In this document: one piece after another, positions 8,811 through 16,889 of the stretch
How positions within the stretch are numbered: the first letter of the stretch is position 1
Layout of the letters: each line of letters starts with the position of its first letter
Origin: an uncultured Solirubrobacterales bacterium
GTDB lineage: Bacteria; Actinomycetota; Thermoleophilia; Solirubrobacterales; 70-9
DNA: 64,000 nucleotides
Assembly: GCA_963702035.1 (NCBI GenBank)
Contig: OY969700.1
Coordinates: 2,301,915 to 2,365,914 of the forward strand
Reading direction: 5' to 3'
Made by a program: the position numbers and the translations under genes
Notes under the pieces: generated by a model
What the model was told of the DNA's origin: nothing
Database searches by the model: none
The model's input: only the letters and a program-made list of their open reading frames with translations

Positions 8811-10217
8811 TCAGCCGGAGACCTGTTCGCCCAGCGTCTCGAGCATCTCCTCGACGCGGACGAACTTCACTCGGGGGCGGCCGTGGGGCTCGCCACGGCC
8901 GACCTCGGCCTGGTCGATCGCCTGCCAGTCTTCGAAGCTGACGAAGCGGATGCCGCGCTCGGCGAGCAGGTCGTCGACCGCGGATGCCTCGGGGTTGGCG
9001 GGGCTGAGCAGGGTCTGCGAGCCGACGTCGGCGAGCAGGTGTTGGACCGTCTCCAGGGCATCTTTCTTGTTGGTGCCGATCACTCCGGAGGGACCGCGCT
9101 TGATCCAGCCCGCGGTGTAGTGGCCGACCTTGTGGCCGGAGTCGTGGGAGTCGAGCACGCGACCGCCCTCGTTGAGGATCAGGCCGCGCTTCTCGTCGAA
9201 GGGCACGCCCTCGATCGGGATCCCGGTGTAGCCGACCGAGCGCAGGACCAGGCCGCACTCGAGCTCTTCGCGCTCGCCCGTGTCCTTGGCGCGCAGGCTG
9301 CCGCCGTCCTCGACCAGCTCGTTGCGGCCGACGACGATCGATTCGACCTTGCCCTCGCCCCTGATCTCGACCGGGGAGGCGAGGAAGCGCAGAACGATCC
9401 GCTGCTTCTTGGCCTCGGGCTCGCGCTGGGAGAACTCGCGCAGCGTCTCGACGTTGACGCGGGTCGTCTTGTCGGCCTCGTCGGACTCGAGGAAGGCCGT
9501 GCTGGCCGGGTCGAGCTCGACCTCGGCCGGGTCGACGATCACGTCGGCGTCCTCCATCTCGCCGAGCTCCCTGATCTCGGGGTTGGTGAAGGCCGCCTGC
9601 ACCGGCCCGCGGCGGCCGAGCACGACGATCTCGCGGATCCGCTTGCGGTCGAGCAGCTCGATCGCGTGGTCGGCGGTGTCGGTCTGGCGCAGCTCGTGGT
9701 CGGTCAGGGCGAGCATCCGGGCGACGTCCATCGCCACGTTGCCGTTGCCGATCACCACCGCGCGCTCGCCGGCGAGGTCGAACTCCTCGTCGCAGTAGTC
9801 GGGGTGCGCGTTGTACCAGCCGACGAAGGAGGTGGCGGCGTGGCTGCCGGGCAGATCCTCGCCGGGAATGCCGAGCCGGCGGTCGGTCTCACAGCCGACC
9901 GTGAAGACGATCGCGTGGTAGAGCCGCTCGAGATCCTCGACCTCGATGTCATGGCCGACCTTGACGTTGCCGAAGAAGCGAAAGCCGTCGCGCGCCGCGG
10001 TTTTTTCGTAGACACGGGTCACCGACTTGATCTTCGGGTGATCCGGGGCGACGCCGCCGCGGACGAGGCCGAACGGCGTCGGCAGACGGTCGAAGAGGTC
10101 TACCTGGGCGTGCGTGTCGGCGTCCTTGAGGATGTGCTCGGCGGCGTAGAAGCCGGACGGGCCGGCGCCGACGATCGCGACGCGGATGGGGTTCTCTTCG
10201 GTTCCGATCTGGGTCAT
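8811..10217 (-). CDS. fprA: FprA-type ferredoxin-NADP(+) reductase (adrenodoxin-reductase-like)
   Basis: 468 aa: IRVAIVGAGPSGFYAAEHIL...FDRLPTPFGLVRGGVAPDHPKIK. Confidence 0.85.
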   Translation of the reverse strand: MTQIGTEENPIRVAIVGAGPSGFYAAEHILKDADTHAQVDLFDRLPTPFGLVRGGVAPDHPKIKSVTRVYEKTAARDGFRFFGNVKVGHDIEVEDLERLYHAIVFTVGCETDRRLGIPGEDLPGSHAATSFVGWYNAHPDYCDEEFDLAGERAVVIGNGNVAMDVARMLALTDHELRQTDTADHAIELLDRKRIREIVVLGRRGPVQAAFTNPEIRELGEMEDADVIVDPAEVELDPASTAFLESDEADKTTRVNVETLREFSQREPEAKKQRIVLRFLASPVEIRGEGKVESIVVGRNELVEDGGSLRAKDTGEREELECGLVLRSVGYTGIPIEGVPFDEKRGLILNEGGRVLDSHDSGHKVGHYTAGWIKRGPSGVIGTNKKDALETVQHLLADVGSQTLLSPANPEASAVDDLLAERGIRFVSFEDWQAIDQAEVGRGEPHGRPRVKFVRVEEMLETLGEQVSG

Positions 10218-10303
10218 TTCTTCACAAGGCTTGGCTTACCGGGCTAGGGGACATATCCCCTAGCGCGAGCGGGGAAGAATAGGGAACCACGCAGCTCAGC
10301 CGC

Positions 10304-10846
10304 CTATGCGGCGAGCAGTTGCCCGCTGCACTGCGGGCAGATGCCGTGATCGAGCGTCGGCATCGCGCTGCGCCGGAAGAGCTCCAGCCGCTTCGCCGCC
10401 TCCTCGACCTCGACCCACTCGCCGTCGACCAGGAAGCGGTCGCACCAGGCGCACATCGGCAGGAAGTCATCGTCGTCGCGCGCCGCGGCGGGATCGAAGA
10501 GCGGCTGCGGCTCCTCCCGTTCCTCTTCTGAGCGCAGTCGGGCGGAGAAAAGCACTACCCGGCCGGTGCTGTCGGCGGCGATGCGAATGTCCATCTCGCG
10601 GGTCACCTCCGGGCCGTCGCAGCGGAAGGGAAGCTCCACGTCGCGGGCCCCTTCGCGCACGCGCCGGACCAGCAGTCGCTGCAGCTTCTTCACGTCATGG
10701 CCGTCGACGAAGTCCCAGAGTGAGCGCCCGAGGCTGGCGCCCGCGCCGTCCCAGCCGTTCTGCTCGGCGAAGCGGTAGTAGCCGTCGTCGACCCTGATCA
10801 GGCGGTCTTCGTCGTCGATTGCGTAGCTGAGGGTCTCAACGGTCAT
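10304..10846 (-). CDS. Hypothetical protein with a PAS-like N-terminal region and a C-terminal four-Cys motif
   Basis: 180 aa ending ..MCAWCDRFLVDGEWV...HGICPQCSGQLL (CxxC...CxxC). No confident family assignment. Confidence 0.5.
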   Translation of the reverse strand: MTVETLSYAIDDEDRLIRVDDGYYRFAEQNGWDGAGASLGRSLWDFVDGHDVKKLQRLLVRRVREGARDVELPFRCDGPEVTREMDIRIAADSTGRVVLFSARLRSEEEREEPQPLFDPAAARDDDDFLPMCAWCDRFLVDGEWVEVEEAAKRLELFRRSAMPTLDHGICPQCSGQLLAA

Positions 10847-10855
10847 CCAGACCGG

Positions 10856-11554
10856 TTATCGGTCATATACCGGTACGGCTGAAGCCGTGCCGTCGAGCGC
10901 GTCGAGCGCCTTGTTCACCGACATCGCGACGCAGGTGAAGATCGGCGTCTCGCGCTCCGTGTACTCGCTCGACTCGGTCGGGCGCAGCTCGTTGACCAGG
11001 TCGAGGAACATCCCCGGGTCGTCGCCCTCGAAGCAGACGACGAACTCCTGGTCGTCGAGCCCGAAGGAGTAGGTGGTGTTGATCGTGATCTCCGGGTAGC
11101 GGCGGCCGACCTCGATATGGCTTTTCATGATCCGCCCGCGCTCCTCCGCCGGCAGCCCGTACCAGCGGCGCTGCTTGACCATCGGGTAGAGGAAGAGGTA
11201 CTTGCGCTCGGAGACGCAGATCTCCGGCCGCGCCCCCTCCTCGCTGTAGGGGGAGCGTTTGGTCATCGAGAGGAAGGAGTGCGGCGTCTCCGCCCACTTC
11301 GCCAGCCCGCTCTGCCCGAGCACGACGTGGAAGGTGTGCAGATCGTCGAGGTTGGGGCTCTGCGAGAGGATGAGGAGGTCGACGTCGCCGCGCGTGCCTA
11401 TGGTTGAGTAGGCGCGCAGAGAGCGGTCGAGGGCGAAATCGTCGCAAGCCGCAAGGAACTCCTGCTTGTCGGCGGCGCGCAGTTCGGCGTCGCGGCGGCG
11501 CCACTCGGGGTCGATCTTGAAGAAAGTGAACTTGGCGAACGTGCGGTCGGCCAT
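10856..11554 (-). CDS. hemQ: Chlorite-dismutase-family coproheme decarboxylase (HemQ/ChdC)
   Basis: From ATG 11554: MADRTFAKFTFFKIDPEWRR...YLFLYPMVKQRRWYGLPAEERGRIMKSH. Confidence 0.85.
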   Translation of the reverse strand: MADRTFAKFTFFKIDPEWRRRDAELRAADKQEFLAACDDFALDRSLRAYSTIGTRGDVDLLILSQSPNLDDLHTFHVVLGQSGLAKWAETPHSFLSMTKRSPYSEEGARPEICVSERKYLFLYPMVKQRRWYGLPAEERGRIMKSHIEVGRRYPEITINTTYSFGLDDQEFVVCFEGDDPGMFLDLVNELRPTESSEYTERETPIFTCVAMSVNKALDALDGTASAVPVYDR

Positions 11555-11579
11555 TCGGGTCACGATAGCGCCGGCGGCG

Positions 11580-12908
11580 TTGGTGGCGGCTGCGATCGCG
11601 CTGTTGCTGGGCCTGCACGCGGCGGGCGCGGGCTTCCAGGGCAACCCCCACGCCGTCGTGCGCGACGCGGCGCCCGGTGGGCGGCTCTGGGAAGTGACTG
11701 ACCGCCGCGCCCCGGTGATCGGCGTGACGCTGCTCGTCTGGCTGGGGGCGTTTGCCGCCGCGATTGCTGCCGAACGCCTGTCTCTCCGTTCCGGTGTGCC
11801 TTTTGCCGCCTATGTGAGCAAAAAGCACACCGGAAGGGTCGGGGCGCGGCTGCTGGCGCTCTCGCTCGTCTACCTGCCGCTGCTCTGCCTGGTCGCGGCG
11901 GCGCTGGAGCCGAGCCTCGGCGCCGAACGGCTGCTGATCATGCTCGGCTCGCCCGCGCTGGCGGCGGTGACGCTGGCGAGCCTCGGCGGCTACCGGGCGC
12001 TCGCCTTCGCCTGCGCCGCGACGTCGCTGGCCTACGCGATTGACCTGATCGGCGGCTCGGCTCTGACCCAGCTCTCGATCGTCGGCCCCAACCCCGCCGG
12101 CGGGCACCGCTTCTACGGGATCGGCAACGAGCTCGAGGCCTGCCTGGTGGTCCTGATCCTGGTCGGCACCGGTGCGGCGCTGTCGAGTTTTGCCGTGCCA
12201 GGGCACGTACAAACTCCGCAGCGGCGCGTGGCCGACCGGGGGCCCGCTGCGTTTCTCGTCGTCGCTGCGATCTTCACCTTCGTCTTCGCTTATGGGCGCT
12301 ACGGGGCGGATGTCGGGGCGGCGATCAGCCTGCCGCTGGGTGCCGCGGTGGTCGCCGCGCTGCTCGCTGAGCGCCGCGACCTGGCGCTGCTTGCCTTCCT
12401 GCTGCCGATTCCCGCCCTGGTGCTGCTCTCCGCCGCCGACCTGATCACGAGCGCCAACGCTCACCTGACCAAGACCGTGCTCGACGCGAAGAGCGGCGGC
12501 GACGTCCTCGCCGTCGTCGGGCACCGTCTCAGCGAGACGGTGAGCAGCTTCGGTCGCCCCACCCTCATCGCCGGCCTGCCGGTGGTCATCGTCGCCGCCG
12601 CGATCGCCTGGCTGCGCCGCGACCGCCTGGCGACTTGGCTGAGCGGCCTCCCACCGATGCGCGCCGGCATGCTCGGTGCCCTCGCCGCGACCCTCGTCGG
12701 CACCGCCGCCAACGACTCCGGCGCCCTGCTGCTCGAGATCGGCGGCGCCTATCTACTGGTCTTCATCGGCTTCGCCTGGGCCGAAGGGACGCGCGTGGCG
12801 CGGCGCCCATCGGCGTCCTCGCTCGCTCGCGTGCAGAGCACGCCACGCTCCCTGCGTCCTCATATGGAGAGCTCCTCGTCAAGTGCCCAGGGTCGATCGG
12901 GCCCCTGA
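11580..12908 (+). CDS. Polytopic membrane protein of unknown family. Start is uncertain and the C-terminus reads into repeat F1-c and IS110 copy 2.
   Basis: Many TM segments (FYGIGNELEACLVVLILVGTG..). The last ~35 codons are encoded by F1-c and IS sequence. Carries two in-frame hairpin insertions. Confidence 0.45.
   Translation: MVAAAIALLLGLHAAGAGFQGNPHAVVRDAAPGGRLWEVTDRRAPVIGVTLLVWLGAFAAAIAAERLSLRSGVPFAAYVSKKHTGRVGARLLALSLVYLPLLCLVAAALEPSLGAERLLIMLGSPALAAVTLASLGGYRALAFACAATSLAYAIDLIGGSALTQLSIVGPNPAGGHRFYGIGNELEACLVVLILVGTGAALSSFAVPGHVQTPQRRVADRGPAAFLVVAAIFTFVFAYGRYGADVGAAISLPLGAAVVAALLAERRDLALLAFLLPIPALVLLSAADLITSANAHLTKTVLDAKSGGDVLAVVGHRLSETVSSFGRPTLIAGLPVVIVAAAIAWLRRDRLATWLSGLPPMRAGMLGALAATLVGTAANDSGALLLEIGGAYLLVFIGFAWAEGTRVARRPSASSLARVQSTPRSLRPHMESSSSSAQGRSGP
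11789..11835. repeat. H1 hairpin (TTCCGGTGYGCCTT..AAGGCRCACCGGAA type) inside a CDS
   Basis: TTCCGGTGTGCCTTTT-15 nt-AAAAAGCACACCGGAA. Sister copy at 22585-22631. Confidence 0.7.
12185..12216. repeat. H2 hairpin (TTTG..GCACGTACAAA type) inside a CDS, imperfect
   Basis: GAGTTTTGCCGTGCC-AGG-GCACGTACAAACTC. Shares GCACGTACAAA with 47892-47919. Confidence 0.5.
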
Positions 12909-14386
12909 CGGGCCGCTGCTGTCCAGCGGCGCTCTCGGGGCGACACGGGCGGGATCCAGGTACGTTGACTGCACCGTCAGCCTCATATGCGGGGGCTGGC
13001 TACCCCATGACCGCCGATTCGTCGCGTGGCCTGCAGTCTTGAAGCGGGCGCGGCCGGCGAGCACATCCGCCGACTGCCCGAGGACGCAACGCAGGCCGCA
13101 AAGCGGCGACGTGCTGGCCTCACTTGCTCCCGTGTCGCCCCGACAGCGTCGAGGGCGTTCCTTTCGCGGTGCCTCAGCCCAGCTGACCCACCTCCCACAC
13201 GAAGGCACCCAGCTCGCGCGCCAACGCGATCCTGACCACGTTGGCGGGCTTGCCACGCTCGAGGCGAAGGCGTTGCCAACGGTTGTGCAGACGCCGCTGG
13301 GCGCGCCAGCCGATCGCACAGGCACGGGGGTCGGCGCCGCGCTGGCGCTTCTCCAGTGCGCTGCCCACCCGGGGCTGGTGGCGGTAGTGGTGGGCTGCCT
13401 CGACGAGAAGACGGCGGGCGTGCGGAGAGCCGGCCTTGGTGATCGGCCCGCGCCGGCTTCGCTCACCGGAGGAGTGCTCGGAGGGCACGATGCCGAAGTA
13501 GGCCATCAGCGAGGCCGGGCGCTCAAAGCGCCTCAGGTCTCCCGCCTCTGCGCACAGGCCAAGCGCCGTCAGCGTGTTGATCCCGCGCAGGCAGCGCAGC
13601 CGGGCGATCGTCTCGGCCCACGGCGACTCAGGCCACAGCTCCTCGATCGTCCGCTCAGAAGCACCCCGTCGCTGTTCGAGCGCCACCACCGCGGCCAGGT
13701 AGTCCTCGAGCACGGCCCGCGAGGCGCCGTCGGGGAACCTGATCGCCTCCAGCCAACGCAAGTGGGCCTGTGTCCAGGCAGAACCGGGGCCCTCCCAGCG
13801 CAGCTCGCGGCGCAAGAGGAACTTGCCGAGCCGGTGACGGGCTCTCATCAGGTCGGCTCGGATCGCCTCCCGGCAGCGGGTCAGATCTCGGAAGCGCTCC
13901 TCCTCGGGGGTCGGGATGCGCACGAAGCGCAGTTCCCCCGCGAGGCACAGCCGCGCCAGCCGCTCGGCGTCGCGGCGATCGGTCTTGACCCGGTCGCTCG
14001 GCGCTTTGGGTATCGACCCCGGGGCACAGACGCGCACGTCGAGGTGACGTTCGGCGCCCCCTCGCGCGAGCCCGAAGCCGGTCGGTCCGGCCTCATAGAC
14101 CGCGAGGAGGGGAGCCTCGAGCCCTTCCAGGAAGTCGAGTGCTCCTCGCGGTGGGCCGTTCAGTCGTCGCGAGCGGAGCTCGCCTGTCTCGGGATGAAGA
14201 ACGCAGGCGTGAGTGTGTGTGGCGTGGACGTCGAGTCCCACCACGCTTTTAGGCTGGGGCATGTCGGCACCTCCCATGATTGGGGTGTCGGCCGCGGGGA
14301 CATCCCGCGGCCCAGTCCCCGCATCGTCATGCGCGGGGTGCCGACCTACCTACCGCTGGGGCCGGTCAGCACTCCATACGGTCTTG
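12861..14386 (-). mobile_element. IS110-family insertion sequence, copy 2
   Basis: See copy 1. Same orientation, 7913 bp downstream. Confidence 0.9.
13174..14277 (-). CDS. IS110 family transposase (one Q->H difference from copy 1)
   Basis: 367-aa ORF identical to 5261-6364 except THTHAC versus TQTHAC. Confidence 0.95.
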   Translation of the reverse strand: MGGADMPQPKSVVGLDVHATHTHACVLHPETGELRSRRLNGPPRGALDFLEGLEAPLLAVYEAGPTGFGLARGGAERHLDVRVCAPGSIPKAPSDRVKTDRRDAERLARLCLAGELRFVRIPTPEEERFRDLTRCREAIRADLMRARHRLGKFLLRRELRWEGPGSAWTQAHLRWLEAIRFPDGASRAVLEDYLAAVVALEQRRGASERTIEELWPESPWAETIARLRCLRGINTLTALGLCAEAGDLRRFERPASLMAYFGIVPSEHSSGERSRRGPITKAGSPHARRLLVEAAHHYRHQPRVGSALEKRQRGADPRACAIGWRAQRRLHNRWQRLRLERGKPANVVRIALARELGAFVWEVGQLG

Positions 14387-14450
14387 ATGGGCTTGGCCAC
14401 GCACGCCCCTTCCCGGTTTCCCCCTGGCAATCAATTAGGCTTAGTGCTTC

Positions 14451-16772
14451 GTGCGAATTGCCCTAGTCTCGCCATATTCTTGGAGTTACCAGGGCGGCGT
14501 GAACCGGCACGTCGAGTCGCTCGCCGAGGAGTTTCTCGGTCGCGGTCACCACGTGCGTGTGCTCGCTCCCTTCGATCCTCCCGATCGGCTCAGCCGGGCG
14601 CTTCACCGCGCGCCCGCGGAGGCGCGGGAGATGCCCGACTATCTCGTCCCGATGGGCCGCACGGCTGGGTTCTCCGCCAACGGCGCGGTCTCCAACCTCG
14701 CCCCCTTCCCGGCGGGCGGCGTCATCGCCCCGCGTCGTGAGCTGCGCCAGGGCCGCTACGACGTGGTCCATATCCACGAGCCGATCGTGCCGCTGGTCGG
14801 CTGGAACGCCGCGCTTGGGACGCCCGCGCCCGCGGTCGGGACCTTCCACGCCTACTCGACCAAGGCGTTCCCCAACCACCTCGCTTCGGTGCTGGGGGGA
14901 AGGCGGGTCTTGAACCGGCTCTCGGCCCGGATCGCGGTCTCCGAGGCGGCCGCCTGGACCGGGCGCCGCTGGTTCGGCGGCCACTACGAGGTGATTCCGA
15001 ACGGCGTCGACGTCGACGCCGCGCCGGACGGCCAAAAGCCGCCGAACGATGAGCTGCGGGTGCTGTTCGTCGGCCGCCCCGAGGAGCGCAAGGGCCTGCC
15101 GGTCCTGCTCACCGCTTTCGAAGCGCTGGTCGAGCATGTGCCCAGCCGCCTCACCGTGATCGGGGCCGAGCGCGAGGACGTGCTGCGCTACCTGGCCGAT
15201 CCCGAGACGATGCGCTGGATCGACGTGCGCGGCCGCGTCTCCGGCGAGAGCCTCTGGACGGCGTTGCGCGACGCCGATCTGCTCTGCGCCCCCTCGCTCT
15301 CCGGCGAGAGCTTCGGCATGGTCCTCACCGAGGCCTTCGCCGCGGGCACCCCGGCGATCGCCTCCGCCATCGCCGGCTACAGCGACGTCGTCACCGATGG
15401 CGTCGACGGAGTGCTGGTCCCGCCCGGCGATCCGCAGCGCCTCGCCGAGGAACTGCAGCGCGCCCACCACGAGCCCGAGCGCCTGGCGGCGATGGGCGCG
15501 GCCGCGCGCCAGAGCGCCCAGCGATACGCCTGGCCGCGGGTCGCCGATCGCGTCACCCAGGTCTACGAGCGCGCGCTCGAGGCGCCGCAGCCGTCCGGCG
15601 CGCTCGAGCGCGCCGCGCACTGGGCCGGCATCAGGTCCGCCGACGGCGCTCCCTCGAACCCACCGCGCCGCCTGCCGACGCTCGACCCGCCGCTCGCGCA
15701 GAGCGGCAGTCGCAGGCGGCGCATCGCCCGCCGCGCCGGCCTCGGTATCGCCGGTGTTCTCGGCATCGGCCTCACCGCGCTGGCGGCGCAGAAGATCGGT
15801 GTCGACAACGTGATCGCGAGCATCGTCCGCTCCGACCTCACCTGGGTGCTTGTCGCCTGCGGGTTGATGGCCCTCTCGCTCTTCTTCCGCGCGGCCTCCT
15901 GGTACGCGATCGTGCGCGCGGCCCTGCCCAACCGGCCGGTGCGGCGTCGCGACGTCACCTCGGCGACGATGATCGGCGTGCTGATGTCGGCGACGCTGCC
16001 AGCACGGCTCGGCGAGCCGGCGAGGGCGATGACCCTCGCCCGGCGGATCGGGCGCATGCGCGAGACCTTCCCCGTGCTGCTCGGCACCCTCGTCTCGCAG
16101 ACCGTGCTGAACATCGTCGCGCTGGCCCTGCTGGGCACGATCATCGTCTCCAGTACCGACCTCTTCCACTCCAGCACCGAGAAGCTGTTCGTCTTCAGCT
16201 TCGTACCGCTCGCCCTCCTGCTCGTCGTCCTGATCGCGCCGGTGTTGATGCGCCGCAACGGCAACGGTCGCTTCGCCCGGATCGGCGCCGCGATGCACCG
16301 GGCCATGCTGCAGGTGCGGGCGGGCCTGGCGGTGTTCCGCCAGCCGCGTTACGGCGCCGTCGCCAGCATCGCCCAGCTCGGCGCCTGGGCGATCCAGCTC
16401 GCCGCCTGCTGGGCCCTGCTCGCGGCGCTCGGCCTCAGCGGACATGCCGGCATCGGCGCCGCGGCGGCGGTGCTGTTCGCGGTCAACGTGACCGCGGTCG
16501 TACCGGCGACCCCGTCGAATATCGGCGTCTTCCAGCTCGCCGTGATCAGCGTCCTGCATACCGGCTGGGGGATCAGCACCGCCGACGCCCTCGCCTACGG
16601 CGTCATCCTGCAGGCGGTCGAGATCGCCACCGCCGTCGCCCTCGGCCTGCCGGCTCTAGTACGCGAGGGCCTCACCTGGAGCGACCTCCGAGTCCAAGCA
16701 ATCTCCGCCTCTCCGGTCCGCCTCAAGCCGCATCCATCTCAGGACAGCACCCGCGAACGCATCGGAGCTTGA
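14451..16772 (+). CDS. GT4 (GT-B) glycosyltransferase fused to a UPF0104 (lysyl-PG-synthase-like, flippase-like) polytopic membrane domain
   Basis: N-terminus reads MRIALVSPYSWSYQGGVNRHVESLAEEF...PSLSGESFGMVLTEAFAAGTP. The C-terminal ~330 aa are TM-rich. Confidence 0.8.
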   Translation: MRIALVSPYSWSYQGGVNRHVESLAEEFLGRGHHVRVLAPFDPPDRLSRALHRAPAEAREMPDYLVPMGRTAGFSANGAVSNLAPFPAGGVIAPRRELRQGRYDVVHIHEPIVPLVGWNAALGTPAPAVGTFHAYSTKAFPNHLASVLGGRRVLNRLSARIAVSEAAAWTGRRWFGGHYEVIPNGVDVDAAPDGQKPPNDELRVLFVGRPEERKGLPVLLTAFEALVEHVPSRLTVIGAEREDVLRYLADPETMRWIDVRGRVSGESLWTALRDADLLCAPSLSGESFGMVLTEAFAAGTPAIASAIAGYSDVVTDGVDGVLVPPGDPQRLAEELQRAHHEPERLAAMGAAARQSAQRYAWPRVADRVTQVYERALEAPQPSGALERAAHWAGIRSADGAPSNPPRRLPTLDPPLAQSGSRRRRIARRAGLGIAGVLGIGLTALAAQKIGVDNVIASIVRSDLTWVLVACGLMALSLFFRAASWYAIVRAALPNRPVRRRDVTSATMIGVLMSATLPARLGEPARAMTLARRIGRMRETFPVLLGTLVSQTVLNIVALALLGTIIVSSTDLFHSSTEKLFVFSFVPLALLLVVLIAPVLMRRNGNGRFARIGAAMHRAMLQVRAGLAVFRQPRYGAVASIAQLGAWAIQLAACWALLAALGLSGHAGIGAAAAVLFAVNVTAVVPATPSNIGVFQLAVISVLHTGWGISTADALAYGVILQAVEIATAVALGLPALVREGLTWSDLRVQAISASPVRLKPHPSQDSTRERIGA

Positions 16773-16889
16773 GGCCTACCCCCGGTAGGGCTGGAACGTC
16801 TTGTACTTTTTCGGTGTGGGCAATGGGCGCCAGCCCACAAGCGATCCACCGAAACAAGTTAAGTGGAAGGCCTACCGGGGGTAGGCCTC
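16771..16889 (+). repeat. F2 long-hairpin element, copy A
   Basis: GAGGCCTACCCCCGGTAGGGCTGGAACGTCTTGTACTTTTTCGGTG...CACCGAAACAAGTTAAGTGGAAGGCCTACCGGGGGTAGGCCTC. Overlaps stop codons 16770-16772 (+) and 16888-16890 (-). Confidence 0.85.

Larger units (their letters stand above)
12781..14416 (+). repeat. F1 palindromic element, copy c, split by IS110 copy 2
   Basis: Outer arms CCGAAGGGACGCGCGTGGC..GCCCATC (12781-12811) and ATGGGC..GCCACGCACGCCCCTTCCCGG (14387-14416). Core ends in CTCCCTGCGTCCT at the IS junction. Confidence 0.7.

Noticed and set aside
8766-10247. 493-aa + strand ORF. Similar long antisense ORFs lie at 10863-12524, 14463-16559, 21140-22675, 23368-25869, 27799-29310, 32106-34010, 38195-40240, 40483-42363, 49614-50936, 50011-51411, 54787-56103 and 57875-59197.
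   Set aside because: Each overlaps a gene with clear family motifs on the other strand or frame, and each has low-complexity R/G/A/D-rich translations.
10244-10263. Perfect 8-bp-stem palindrome CTAGGGGA-CATA-TCCCCTAG between the fprA-like gene start and the preceding gene stop.
   Set aside because: It is real in the sequence but short and unique in the window, with no T tract. It is not interpretable beyond a possible operator or weak terminator.
4948-14386. Composite transposon formed by the two IS110 copies.
   Set aside because: The intervening genes are core housekeeping (hemQ, Fe-S factors), IS110 elements are not known to mobilise composites, and each copy has its own independent F1 target site.
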